64,000 bases of DNA from a virus, in the IMG/VR virus record IMGVR_UViG_3300021963_009993, positions 64,001 through 128,000 of that record; one strand, 5' to 3'. The notes under the pieces were generated by a model that worked only from the letters and a program-made list of their open reading frames with translations, was not told the origin of the DNA and searched no databases. Below are positions 1 to 8,945 of this stretch, one piece after another. The stretch's first letter is position 1. Each line of letters opens with the position of its first letter. A program made the position numbers and the translations under genes.

Positions 1-257
1 GCATAATCGAATGATTTTGGAACTTTTGTATTTGGCACATATGGAAAATGAATTATATTATATTTTTGTTTTTTGGCATATTCTGATAACCATTTTCTTT
101 TAGAGTAATGTGGGTCTGGTATTATTACTTCAAAAGAATGACTGGTTATAAATGACAAATTATTTAATTGACTTTTCATAAGCCAGTCGTCTTCCATGCA
201 ATAAAATGGTGCCATAATAAAACTGTATTTTGGCTTTGAAACTTCATGGCAAATCAT
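1..257 (-). CDS. Partial ORF running off the window edge; probable glycosyltransferase family 2 (GT-A) N-terminus
   Basis: Manual translation from ATG at 257: MICHEVSKPKYSFIMAPFYCMEDDWLMKSQLNNLSFITSHSFEVIIPDPHY..., open to base 1. It resembles the GT2 start (KxSxIxP, then FEVIIxD) and overlaps the stop of the upstream acetyltransferase. Confidence 0.5.
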   Translation of the reverse strand, partial: MICHEVSKPKYSFIMAPFYCMEDDWLMKSQLNNLSFITSHSFEVIIPDPHYSKRKWLSEYAKKQKYNIIHFPYVPNTKVPKSFDY

Positions 258-834
258 AATTTTTTATTCTCCTACATGGGCAACCTACATATATTCCACT
301 CTCAGTAATGTTTTTAACAGCACATGAATTCATACCAAGAAAAACATCATTTTCTGTTTCTACTTTTTCTTTAATTGCAGAGTTGTTACCAATGTAGTTA
401 TTGTTTCCTATTTTGCAATTGCCAGAGACAATAGAACCGGGCATCATACTCAAAAAATTACCACAAACAGAATCGTGTCCTATTTGAGAAACCCTACTTA
501 AGAGCGAATGTTCACCAATAGAAACATTATTTGTTATGATGCAGTATGGGCCTATGTAGCTACCTTTTCCTATTGTGGAACCCTTGGAAATAATTGCAGT
601 TGGATGAATATAAGTAAAGAATTCAAAATGTTGAATTTTATTAGCTATTTTTTCTCTAAGCTTTGAATCGCCTAGTCCTATTAAAATTTGATATTCTTTT
701 GGACTAATGTCTTTTAAAGTCAAATTATCTTTTGTTTTATATTCTTCATCAACGATGAAAACACAATCTATTTGCATTACACTTGCTATTTCTTTTGCAT
801 GGCCTCCACTACCAAATATTGCATACTTTTTCAT
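244..834 (-). CDS. Sugar O/N-acyltransferase, NeuD/PglD-like (hexapeptide left-handed beta-helix)
   Basis: N-terminal IFGSGGHAKE, IGLGDSKLREK, IHPTAIIS, hexapeptide repeats, IGHD motif and C-terminal GIYVGCPCR. Confidence 0.88.
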   Translation of the reverse strand: MKKYAIFGSGGHAKEIASVMQIDCVFIVDEEYKTKDNLTLKDISPKEYQILIGLGDSKLREKIANKIQHFEFFTYIHPTAIISKGSTIGKGSYIGPYCIITNNVSIGEHSLLSRVSQIGHDSVCGNFLSMMPGSIVSGNCKIGNNNYIGNNSAIKEKVETENDVFLGMNSCAVKNITESGIYVGCPCRRIKNYDLP

Positions 835-1439
835 AATTTTAAATCATACCCCAAAAGTTTAAAATCCAAGTAATAAATGTCTGCTACTTTTTGCTTCAAC
901 TTTCTGTCGTAATAAGCCTCATAGAAATCATGAGTTGATTTGTTTTTGAATTCATTTGTATTTTTTATGTTAAATTTTTCTTCAATCATATCAAAACAAT
1001 CTTTAATATTTTCAAATTTAAATATATTCACATTAGAAAGAATGAAATTTGATTGAGGAATAAAATGGCTTTTTATGGAATGCTTCTCGCCCATTATTTT
1101 ATCAAAATTTTTATATAAGAAATCAATGTATTCATCAAATTTTAATTGACTGCAATCTACGATTCTTATATCATTTGATTCTTTTTTGAAGAAGTATTCA
1201 GATACCAATCTATCATATGGATTTCTAACTATTGCAAATTTATAAAACAACTCATATCGTTTTTCATTTTTCAATTTTACCATGTGGGCAGTAGCATGAT
1301 CCCATTCGATGTTGCCATCATTTTCATACAAAGCATCAGTCTTTTTGTACTTTTTAACATTAAACATATGGTTAATAGTAGTACCAGCTGTTTTTGGTAT
1401 GTGTATGAATATACAACTATTATCAAAAAAAACAGGCAT
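831..1439 (-). CDS. Sulfotransferase family 2 protein
   Basis: PAPS-binding FIHIPKTAGTTI, FAIVRNPYDRLVSEY, HFIPQ, FKFENI and YYLDFKLLGY. Confidence 0.85.
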   Translation of the reverse strand: MPVFFDNSCIFIHIPKTAGTTINHMFNVKKYKKTDALYENDGNIEWDHATAHMVKLKNEKRYELFYKFAIVRNPYDRLVSEYFFKKESNDIRIVDCSQLKFDEYIDFLYKNFDKIMGEKHSIKSHFIPQSNFILSNVNIFKFENIKDCFDMIEEKFNIKNTNEFKNKSTHDFYEAYYDRKLKQKVADIYYLDFKLLGYDLKL

Positions 1440-1440
1440 T

Positions 1441-2580
1441 TCAAACCTTTTCTGTGGTATTTAAAAGATTTTCAATATCTGTTTCCATAATTTTTACAGC
1501 AGAATCATTATCTCCATAACTTATGATTATCTTGTCTTTATTTTCATCATAGATCATTCCACAAGGAAAATTGCAAAGTATTTCACCATGTTTTCTGTAG
1601 TGTGGTTCTGTTGCTGCTTCAGCTGGCAAATATGTTCTTGTTGGAAATCTTAAAACCTTAAACGGTGGTTTTCCTTCAAAAACATAACATCCATTATCAT
1701 AGAAAAAAGTATTTTCTATTATTTGAGCCGTATGAAATGTATTTAAGAAATTTCCATCCTTCATTCTTATGGGGTTTGTATTGCCTCTGAAGAACTCTTT
1801 CATAAACCAATTGCTTTGCCAAGGTGCTTTGGATACCAATTCTATTGCTTCATCTTCAAAATCATTCATTTTCCATATTTTTTGTGAATTTATTTCACTT
1901 ATAAAATGCACCTTGTCTTCATACAAAAAAGGAACCCAGTTTTTTTGTCTTGAACCAATATTTTCTGGGGATATTCTAAATTGATCACCAAGAAAAAATT
2001 CCTCTTTATCAGCATCCATTATTATTCTGCCAGCAATATATTCTTTAGTATGATTTCCAAAATGATGCGAGTAAATCAAAAGTAGCTTATTTTCTACTGT
2101 CCAAATTAATCTTGGATCTGTGGTATCTCTCATTTCAAAATCAAAAAAAGATGTGTCTATCGGTTTATATTTTTCATTTAAAAAACAACCTTGGAATGTT
2201 TGTTCTGTGTTTCTATAAACACATATTATTTTATCTGATTTCTTGGATTTTACTATTGCACCGTTGAAACAACCTTCTTGTTTTAAATCGAGTCTATAAA
2301 AATTAGCTCCAACTGTTGTGATAAGATTCTTGGCAGGTCTAAGATTTAATTTTAATTCAAGATTGCTTGGAGTATTAATATAGAATTTTTGGAAATTAAT
2401 ATTTTTGTTAGTAGTTCTTTTTTTATCTATTCTTACAATTTTATCTTCATTTTCAGGAATAAAAGTTTCTTGATTTGGTTTTACAACAACATTTCTCTGA
2501 TTTCTTATATAAATCTGCATGTTTTTATTGTTGTTTGTGTCTTGTAGGTTTACAAAACCACCAGTTCTTCTTCTATACAT
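1441..2580 (-). CDS. Five-bladed beta-propeller glycoside hydrolase/phosphorylase/transferase (GH130/GT108/GT91-like)
   Basis: FNGAI, TDPRL, QKNWVPF, RGNTNP, FPCGM and IISYGDND blade motifs. Confidence 0.65.
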   Translation of the reverse strand: MYRRRTGGFVNLQDTNNNKNMQIYIRNQRNVVVKPNQETFIPENEDKIVRIDKKRTTNKNINFQKFYINTPSNLELKLNLRPAKNLITTVGANFYRLDLKQEGCFNGAIVKSKKSDKIICVYRNTEQTFQGCFLNEKYKPIDTSFFDFEMRDTTDPRLIWTVENKLLLIYSHHFGNHTKEYIAGRIIMDADKEEFFLGDQFRISPENIGSRQKNWVPFLYEDKVHFISEINSQKIWKMNDFEDEAIELVSKAPWQSNWFMKEFFRGNTNPIRMKDGNFLNTFHTAQIIENTFFYDNGCYVFEGKPPFKVLRFPTRTYLPAEAATEPHYRKHGEILCNFPCGMIYDENKDKIIISYGDNDSAVKIMETDIENLLNTTEKV

Positions 2581-2697
2581 ATTACATCTCTTATTTTTAA
2601 TTGTGTTGTGATATTCATTATATAATATAAAATAGTTTTTATATATAATTTTAAATCAGGAAAAAGAGAGAATGTTGAATTTTTTAAAAGGAATACT

Positions 2698-2919
2698 ATG
2701 ATTCAGCTAAATCCTCCTATTCCATTAGAGACACCGAAGGGAAGTGGTTTTGCTCACTTCTTGATTGATTATTCCCAAGAACATCATCTGGCATGGGTAG
2801 TTTTTATCAATGAAACTGGGGAGTGTTGGACATTCCAAAACCCAGAAATAAGAATGAGTCCTAACAGAACATTGAATCGTTATTCTGTTTCACCATTCAA
2901 AAATTTAGATGCCAAATAA
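2698..2919 (+). CDS. Small hypothetical phage protein
   Basis: 73-aa ORF with upstream AAGGA, non-overlapping and phage-like (QLNPPIPLETPKG...WTFQNPEIR). Confidence 0.7.
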   Translation: MIQLNPPIPLETPKGSGFAHFLIDYSQEHHLAWVVFINETGECWTFQNPEIRMSPNRTLNRYSVSPFKNLDAK

Positions 2920-3144
2920 TTTGTCTATATTCCATTTCATACTTTTTCCAAATCCATCATGAAGTGAAAATACAACTTGTTTATTTGTAATGGTATTTTT
3001 TATGATTAATTCTTTGTCAGTTGTCTTCATTCCATACTCGAACTGTTTGATACCATTTTCTTTTAAATATTTTTCAATATTCTCTTCTAAATTTGACATA
3101 AGTACATTTTCTTGAAAGTCTAACCAATCAACAAATTTTTTCAT
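2905..3144 (-). CDS. Hypothetical protein with capsid-targeting-like N-terminus
   Basis: Starts MKKFVDWLDFQE; overlaps the stop of the preceding gene. Confidence 0.65.
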   Translation of the reverse strand: MKKFVDWLDFQENVLMSNLEENIEKYLKENGIKQFEYGMKTTDKELIIKNTITNKQVVFSLHDGFGKSMKWNIDKLFGI

Positions 3145-3401
3145 TTTTTTTCCTCATGGTTAACAGTAAGTGCTGTGATTAAGCCAGCAACAAGAAACCC
3201 ACTCATCATTGATGTTTTGCATGCTGTGTTGACAATTTCTTGTGGGCAGAAACAAATAGCCAAAGAACAGCTTAAGACAGAAAGAACTCTTTTATATTTC
3301 TTGTGTTTTCTGGTCAGGCATCCTACTAGGACACCCAATCCCATGCCTAAAGCATAACAGCAAAACAATACAATTATTACAACTATGGCAAGACTTTCCA
3401 C
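3141..3401 (-). CDS. Small membrane protein
   Basis: GTG start; three hydrophobic segments in 86 aa. Confidence 0.6.
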   Translation of the reverse strand: MESLAIVVIIVLFCCYALGMGLGVLVGCLTRKHKKYKRVLSVLSCSLAICFCPQEIVNTACKTSMMSGFLVAGLITALTVNHEEKK

Positions 3402-3403
3402 GC

Positions 3404-3697
3404 TTAAACCTTTTCAAAAATATAAGTTGTTCCTTGATCGTTTATTGAAATCCATAATATTTCTTTATTGTTTTCATTCATAGATTTGCCAGCAGACATT
3501 TCAGAAATGCCAGCAAATTGATGTTTGAAATTTTCAGGAACAATTTTCAATGCGTATTTCAAATCCAACAGATCACTATTTTCCTTAAGGTCTGGTATGT
3601 TTTCTGTGTCGTAGGTTCCAACAAATTCATAACCACTTGTATTTTCTATACCTTGGGCTGTGTTTCTGAAGCTCATCCATTCATTAAATTTTTGCAT
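3404..3697 (-). CDS. Hypothetical protein
   Basis: Start reassigned to ATG 3697 (MQKFNEWMSF), preceded by GAGGTG Shine-Dalgarno. Confidence 0.65.
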   Translation of the reverse strand: MQKFNEWMSFRNTAQGIENTSGYEFVGTYDTENIPDLKENSDLLDLKYALKIVPENFKHQFAGISEMSAGKSMNENNKEILWISINDQGTTYIFEKV

Positions 3698-3758
3698 ATA
3701 CACCTCAAAAATATATATTTTAACTAACTTAAAAATACTAAACCCAAAGGAGAATATT

Positions 3759-4004
3759 ATGGCAGAAGGTTTGAAGGGCAATGTCATCAAGGCTAAAAGA
3801 ATTGCTGACATGCAGAAAGTTTTAAATAAGCTGGCACATCCAAAGGCTGCTGCAAGCTACAATCATGTAAGAGTACAGGTTGATGGAAACAAGGAAATCC
3901 ATCTTCTTTTTACTGACGCAGAAGTAAAAAGGGCTATGGAAAGGGCACAAAAGAATCCAGAAGATTGTCCTAAAGTTTCAATCTTCCGTGATATTTTCGA
4001 TTGA
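3759..4004 (+). CDS. Hypothetical basic protein
   Basis: Start reassigned to ATG 3759 (MAEGLKGNV) after AAGGAGA. Confidence 0.7.
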   Translation: MAEGLKGNVIKAKRIADMQKVLNKLAHPKAAASYNHVRVQVDGNKEIHLLFTDAEVKRAMERAQKNPEDCPKVSIFRDIFD

Positions 4005-4031
4005 TTGTTTGTAGGGACAGTTTCTACATCC

Positions 4032-4079
4032 GTTCTCACAGCAAAAACCTCTTTCCAACAAGAACTTTGCTGTGAGAAC
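4032..4079. other. Intergenic inverted repeat (14-bp perfect stem, 20-nt loop)
   Basis: gttctcacagcaaa (4032-4045) and tttgctgtgagaac (4066-4079). Confidence 0.75.
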
Positions 4080-4151
4080 AAATTTTCCATTTTCCATAAT
4101 ATAATCAATTCCTTCTATAAGTTTGTTATTCATAGTTGTATATAAATTACA

Positions 4152-4700
4152 ATGATCTCATTTTCACAGTTTTTGAAAGAATACGGTTTCACAGACATGG
4201 TTCAATTCATGTCGCAAGAAGATGTTTCTTTACCTGAAATATTTGATGAATTGAAATTATCCAAGAGTGATCTGCCTAAAGTCGTTCAGACTGGTGCTGA
4301 TTATGCAGCTGCTTTTGATAAGTTTGTTGGCATCAAAAAGACAATATTTCTTCTTGCACCAACTTTAAAAACTAAGATTAGTTTGTTGAATGATCTTTAT
4401 CTTCTGTCAAGACATCCTAAGAAAATAAAGAATTACAAAGCGGTTTTGGAAGATATTATTGAACTTAGCAAGTTATTGGCGATGAATCCATTGGCAGCAA
4501 CAAGCATTGCAGCTTCCGCAGCTATGATGATAGGTACAAAAAATCCAGAGGCATATGCTGTGGCAACAAAACTATTGAGTTCAGCTTATTTCTATGCTGA
4601 AACAATATTAAAAGCCTTGCAAAATAGCAAATCAGAAAAGATTGCCGAATTAGCAATGAAGGCAAAGATATTATTGCCAAAATCAGAAATCAAGCATTAA
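4152..4700 (+). CDS. Helical hypothetical protein with capsid-targeting-like N-terminus
   Basis: 182-aa ORF starting MISFSQFLKE. Confidence 0.7.
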   Translation: MISFSQFLKEYGFTDMVQFMSQEDVSLPEIFDELKLSKSDLPKVVQTGADYAAAFDKFVGIKKTIFLLAPTLKTKISLLNDLYLLSRHPKKIKNYKAVLEDIIELSKLLAMNPLAATSIAASAAMMIGTKNPEAYAVATKLLSSAYFYAETILKALQNSKSEKIAELAMKAKILLPKSEIKH

Positions 4701-5302
4701 TTTTTAGGAAACATTTCTGGGATTTTTTGTTTAATCAAATTCTCGTTTTTTGTGTACCAGTCAATAAATTCCTTTTCCGCTCTTTCTGGGCCAGCTTCAC
4801 CTAATTTTGCATTTGGATCTTTTAATTGTTGAAATTCTTTTTCATGAGTTGCTTCATGAACTATTGTGCTGGCTATTTGAACTATAGTCCATGTCTTATC
4901 ACCAAGCTCTCTGACAAATCTTGGAACATTAACCTGAATGGTTACTGAAGGTATTAGTTCAGCTAGATTGATGTTGGGGAATTTGTCCTTGATTACAGCG
5001 TTTGGCAATGTGTCAATTGAGTGCTGGTCAAATTTAGCTTGATTGAAAATTAACTTGGCTTTCGGGCCAACTACTTTTCTGTTTTGTGAAGAAGAATATA
5101 AACCATATGCTACAGGACCACCTGACAGAGGGACGATAGTGTTGATGTCTCTAAGTAAATCCTTGCCAGTCATCTTGTCATAAAGTTGCACAAGTTTAAC
5201 TGCAAGTCCCACTTTACTGTATGCTGGTGTAACTTTGCTGAAATCAACTTCTTCTGTTCCAACTGTGTTTACTTCACTCAACCATTTTTTAAAAGTTTTC
5301 AT
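4697..5302 (-). CDS. Putative zincin metallopeptidase (HExxH) with capsid-targeting-like N-terminus
   Basis: Start reassigned to 5302 (MKTFKKWLSE); ASTIVHEATHE motif followed by GEAGPERAE. Confidence 0.6.
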   Translation of the reverse strand: MKTFKKWLSEVNTVGTEEVDFSKVTPAYSKVGLAVKLVQLYDKMTGKDLLRDINTIVPLSGGPVAYGLYSSSQNRKVVGPKAKLIFNQAKFDQHSIDTLPNAVIKDKFPNINLAELIPSVTIQVNVPRFVRELGDKTWTIVQIASTIVHEATHEKEFQQLKDPNAKLGEAGPERAEKEFIDWYTKNENLIKQKIPEMFPKN

Positions 5303-5357
5303 TTTGCAATTTCCAAAAGTTTGACATTTATATATATTGTTGAAAAAGGAGAATGTT

Positions 5358-5591
5358 ATGCTCTGGGACAAAATAGAAGCTGCAAAAACAATAATTTCAA
5401 ATTCTTCAATGAGTGAATATGAGCAAGAGATGCTTCTGACTATAGTTGCTGATTTCACGGAATTGGTTAAGTTACAAATGAAAACAGCCAATGAAGCAAA
5501 GATAACAGAAGGCATGAGTGCAAGTTTAAAATCTTGCATTTTTGAAGGTTCCGCTTTGATAGCAAGCAAGAATGTGTATACAACAGAATAA
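5358..5591 (+). CDS. Hypothetical protein
   Basis: ATG 5358 after AAGGAGA; helical composition. Confidence 0.6.
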   Translation: MLWDKIEAAKTIISNSSMSEYEQEMLLTIVADFTELVKLQMKTANEAKITEGMSASLKSCIFEGSALIASKNVYTTE

Positions 5592-5677
5592 TTTTTTTAA
5601 AAATTTTTAAAGAATATAATATAATAATGTTTTCACAATTCAATTCATTTTATAAATGAAAAAGAAGGACAATAGAA

Positions 5678-6055
5678 ATGCCAGAATTACACAAGCATCT
5701 TGTTATCAATGCAACGGTCAAAAATCCAATCAAGGATGAGAAAATTTGTGAACAATGGTTTAGAACTCTAGTTGATATGATTGATATGAAGGTCTTGATT
5801 GAGCCAAAAGCCACCTATTGCAACACATTTGGAAATGAAGGTATTACAGGCACAGTTGTAATTGAAACATCTCATGCCAGCATTCATATTTGGTCTAGCG
5901 TCGAAGTCCCATACATCAGAATGGATGTGTATTCTTGCAAGGATTTTGAAGCAGAAAAAGTCATTGCTTTTGTCGATGAGACTATGGGAATAATTGATTG
6001 TGACCACATCTTGATTGACAGGAATGATACAAAACTCAAATTAATTAATGGCTAA
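5678..6055 (+). CDS. speD: S-adenosylmethionine decarboxylase proenzyme (prokaryotic class 1B)
   Basis: HLVIN, EGITGTVVIETSHASIHIW (pyruvoyl-forming Ser in T-S-H), DVYSCKDF. Confidence 0.85.
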   Translation: MPELHKHLVINATVKNPIKDEKICEQWFRTLVDMIDMKVLIEPKATYCNTFGNEGITGTVVIETSHASIHIWSSVEVPYIRMDVYSCKDFEAEKVIAFVDETMGIIDCDHILIDRNDTKLKLING

Positions 6056-6332
6056 AGTCAGAAGTAAATCAGCATTCAAGAAATTCGCTGGCAAATGTGC
6101 ATTCTGTGATGAACAAGATTATTCTTGTTTGGATGCACATAGAATATATGAAGGTTATAAAGGTGGCGAATACGATAGCATAAACATCGTAGTTTGTTGT
6201 GCTAATTGCCACAGAAAAATACATGCTGGTAATTTACTACTGGTCAAGAAACACATAAGTTACGGCGAAAATCTTTATGTCTTGGAATACATCGAAAATG
6301 ATGAAACCAAGTATCTTCCATTAAACTACTAG
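6048..6332 (+). CDS. HNH endonuclease
   Basis: CAFC...DAHRI...N...CANCHRKIH pattern. Confidence 0.8.
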   Translation: MAKVRSKSAFKKFAGKCAFCDEQDYSCLDAHRIYEGYKGGEYDSINIVVCCANCHRKIHAGNLLLVKKHISYGENLYVLEYIENDETKYLPLNY

Positions 6333-6547
6333 AATTCTGGATCGATAAGCTCCAATGCTTCCCTAATCTTTTCTTTTGCTTGTTCAATTTTTTTTGAGCA
6401 TATTTTCTTTTCTTCAAATTCTTTTTGCATAATTTCTATGTGTTTTAAAACCACAGTTAAAACATCAAAAGTCGATGTTTCTTCACATATTTTGTGGACG
6501 ATTGTATTCCATTCTCTCATCAATGATCTGTAGTTAATTCTTCTCAT
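6329..6547 (-). CDS. Small hypothetical helical protein
   Basis: 72-aa ORF converging with the HNH gene. Confidence 0.55.
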   Translation of the reverse strand: MRRINYRSLMREWNTIVHKICEETSTFDVLTVVLKHIEIMQKEFEEKKICSKKIEQAKEKIREALELIDPEF

Positions 6548-6583
6548 AGTTTTTATTACCTATGCGTAAATACTCATACATGT

Positions 6584-6602
6584 GTGTGACTATGCACACA
6601 TT
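6584..6602. promoter_or_regulatory. 19-bp palindromic element, copy 1 (putative operator)
   Basis: gtgtgactatgcacacatt, identical at 43870-43888; intergenic between divergent genes. Confidence 0.55.
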
Positions 6603-6645
6603 CACTTACCAACATCTTAACAGAAAAGTCTGTAAAGGGGAAATA

Positions 6646-7209
6646 ATGGAAGATGATTTGCTAATTGGTTATTACGAATCACAAGAAGGTTCAAGGCCGA
6701 TGAATTTGATAACTGAAAATGTGCAACTTTCTGAGAATTTGCAATATCATTTAGAAAATAATATATCATTATCTAACTCAGTATTTAGACTAGGTTCTGA
6801 AGCTTGGATGGATTTGGTTAATGAAATGAGAGATTTGTGGGAACAGGGATTGTTGCATGTCAATGAGAACGATGAATTCATTCTTATGACAGAAGCTGGC
6901 AGAACTGGTATTTATCAAGGCAAATCAGTTGCCTTGGATTCTCCCAAGAGGGCTAGTGGTGGCAACAAGAAGTTTACTGTTTATGTTAATAGTGGTCGCA
7001 AGAACAAAGAAGGCAGAGTGATAGCCAAGAAGATTGGTTTTGGTGATCCAAATCTGACTGTAAAGAACAAAGACCCAAAAAGAGCCAAGAGTTTTAGAGC
7101 AAGACACAAATGTCATTTAAAGAATGACAAGACAACTCCCGGTTACTGGGCTTGCAGAACAGGTCGTTATGCCAAGCAATTAGGACTTTCATCTTCTGCG
7201 AGTTGGTGA
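6646..7209 (+). CDS. Conserved large-phage hypothetical protein (DUF6321-like basic C-terminal domain)
   Basis: Start at ATG 6646 after AAAGGGG; C-terminal KKFTVYV...GFGDPNL...SFRARHKC...TPGYWACR pattern recalled from T4-like phage hypotheticals. Confidence 0.6.
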   Translation: MEDDLLIGYYESQEGSRPMNLITENVQLSENLQYHLENNISLSNSVFRLGSEAWMDLVNEMRDLWEQGLLHVNENDEFILMTEAGRTGIYQGKSVALDSPKRASGGNKKFTVYVNSGRKNKEGRVIAKKIGFGDPNLTVKNKDPKRAKSFRARHKCHLKNDKTTPGYWACRTGRYAKQLGLSSSASW

Positions 7210-7934
7210 TGAAAAGTTTTTATCAATATCTTTTAGAAGTATCTGCAACTGATACTGTTGGCTTTTTATGTGATAAATTTTTGAAAAACATAAGAAGAAC
7301 CTATGATGATGAGCAAAGGTATTTGCCTATGTTTGCTCTTGCAGATTACATGGAAGAAAACCTTTTAAATGAATATAAGGCAAACCAAATTAGAGAAATG
7401 GCAAGTAGCAAGGATCTTTATAATCTTAAAAATGCCTGTAATAAATATTTGCAAGATGGTTTTTTCACAACTAATACAGCATACGATCCAAACATTTCAT
7501 CTTATCGTCCACAACTTTTAGTTCTTTCAAACAATTATCCTTTGCATAGAGTAACGGATAACATCGATGAGCGTGGGATTGTGGTTTCAATCGCTTCTTT
7601 AACGAATATAAGACAAGCAATAATAAGTGAAGCAGTCAAAAGACAGATGGGTATCAATCAGTATATTAGAACCATTTATGACACAGATCAACCAATAAAT
7701 AATTTGGTTGATCTTAATAATACTGATTTGGAATTCTATTACAGGGATTTCTACAGACCAAGGACTTTGACAAACTTAGTCAACAAGGATGGTGAAATGG
7801 CTGCTGGTAGTAGTGAGATAAATGAACGAATTACAGATAGGTTTATGGAAGAGGAATTGCCAGATATTGTTGGCGAAGAAGTGGCTAAGATGAACTATCT
7901 TATACTTAAAGATTTGGAGTATTATAATGCTTGA
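7209..7934 (+). CDS. Hypothetical protein with capsid-targeting-like N-terminus
   Basis: Start reassigned to ATG 7209 (MKSFYQYLLE), overlapping the previous TGA. Confidence 0.7.
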   Translation: MKSFYQYLLEVSATDTVGFLCDKFLKNIRRTYDDEQRYLPMFALADYMEENLLNEYKANQIREMASSKDLYNLKNACNKYLQDGFFTTNTAYDPNISSYRPQLLVLSNNYPLHRVTDNIDERGIVVSIASLTNIRQAIISEAVKRQMGINQYIRTIYDTDQPINNLVDLNNTDLEFYYRDFYRPRTLTNLVNKDGEMAAGSSEINERITDRFMEEELPDIVGEEVAKMNYLILKDLEYYNA

Positions 7935-8056
7935 TAATTTACTTTTCTTTCTTGGTGGTTTGGTTGTCGGATGGAACATTCTTCCCCAACCATTATGGGC
8001 TAAGGCACTTTACGACTTTGTTGTCAGCAAGATTAAGAGTTGGGCAGCACCGAAAA

Positions 8057-8332
8057 GTGAGTGATAAACCGTATAAAGAAACCAGAGATGGTGAGCTTTA
8101 TATCAGGGAATTTTCCCCTGATGTTGAAACTGATGAATTGAAATGGCATCGTGATTATGAAGACCGAATAGTTGAAGTGTTGAATGAGAATGATTGGAAA
8201 TATCAAGAAGATAACAAGCTGCCAGTCCCATTGATAGGGAGTTTTTTCATACCGATGGGAGTCTGGCACAGGGTAATTAAAGGGACTACTAAATTATTGG
8301 TAAGCATAAAAAAACAACCCCCCGTCATATGA
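8057..8332 (+). CDS. Cupin-like conserved phage protein
   Basis: GTG start inferred; ELKWHRDYEDRIVEV...FFIPMGVWHRVIKG cupin motifs. Confidence 0.65.
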   Translation: MSDKPYKETRDGELYIREFSPDVETDELKWHRDYEDRIVEVLNENDWKYQEDNKLPVPLIGSFFIPMGVWHRVIKGTTKLLVSIKKQPPVI

Positions 8333-8346
8333 CAGGGGGTTGTTTT
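8311..8346. terminator. Bidirectional intrinsic terminator
   Basis: aaaacaaccccccgtc-atat-gacagggggttgtttt hairpin between converging genes. Confidence 0.8.
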
Positions 8347-8365
8347 CACAACGCTTCTTTTATAA

Positions 8366-8905
8366 TCATCGTTTTACATTAATATTATAGTCTTCCAATC
8401 TCAAAGCTTCAAGTTCAGTACCATAATAAGGTGAATATTCATATATTTTTCCAGATTTGGTTTTTACTCTCATCAATCCACCGACAACTCTGGCACTTTC
8501 AACAATAATCTTTTCTTTGGAATTGTTTGTTACAAGTTGTTTTTTCTCGTTGATTGAACCTGAACCTAAATAAACTCTGCCTTCATTCGACATACCGCAA
8601 CCACCCATTATTTTACCCAATCCAAGATCGTCATGGGAATCAACCTTGGGAACAAGCATATCCATGCTGATTTCTTCTTCTCCATGCATATCATGCTCTT
8701 CTTCATCATTATACATCAACGCATCTCTTACACTTGAAATAGCTTCTTTTGCAACACTAACTTTGTGTTCAATCCAGCTTTCAATTTCATCATGATCATG
8801 AACTAAAGGAAGTATTTCTTCCAAAGCATGCTTGATTGCGTGTAAATTTCTGGCAACCATGTAGCTGCCACCTTTGTATTTGCACTCGTTCTTTTTATTA
8901 TTCAT
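8366..8905 (-). CDS. Hypothetical phage protein
   Basis: 179-aa ORF; MVARNLHAIK...IESWIEHKVSVAKEAISSVRDAL helical motif of a type common in large phages; AAAGGTG SD. Confidence 0.7.
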   Translation of the reverse strand: MNNKKNECKYKGGSYMVARNLHAIKHALEEILPLVHDHDEIESWIEHKVSVAKEAISSVRDALMYNDEEEHDMHGEEEISMDMLVPKVDSHDDLGLGKIMGGCGMSNEGRVYLGSGSINEKKQLVTNNSKEKIIVESARVVGGLMRVKTKSGKIYEYSPYYGTELEALRLEDYNINVKR

Positions 8906-8945
8906 AAATCACCTTTAATGTATATTTATGAATTATAAATATTTT

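Noticed and set aside
6048-6332. HNH gene as part of a group I intron
   Set aside because: Flanking genes are intact, not split, and there is no intergenic room for intron structure
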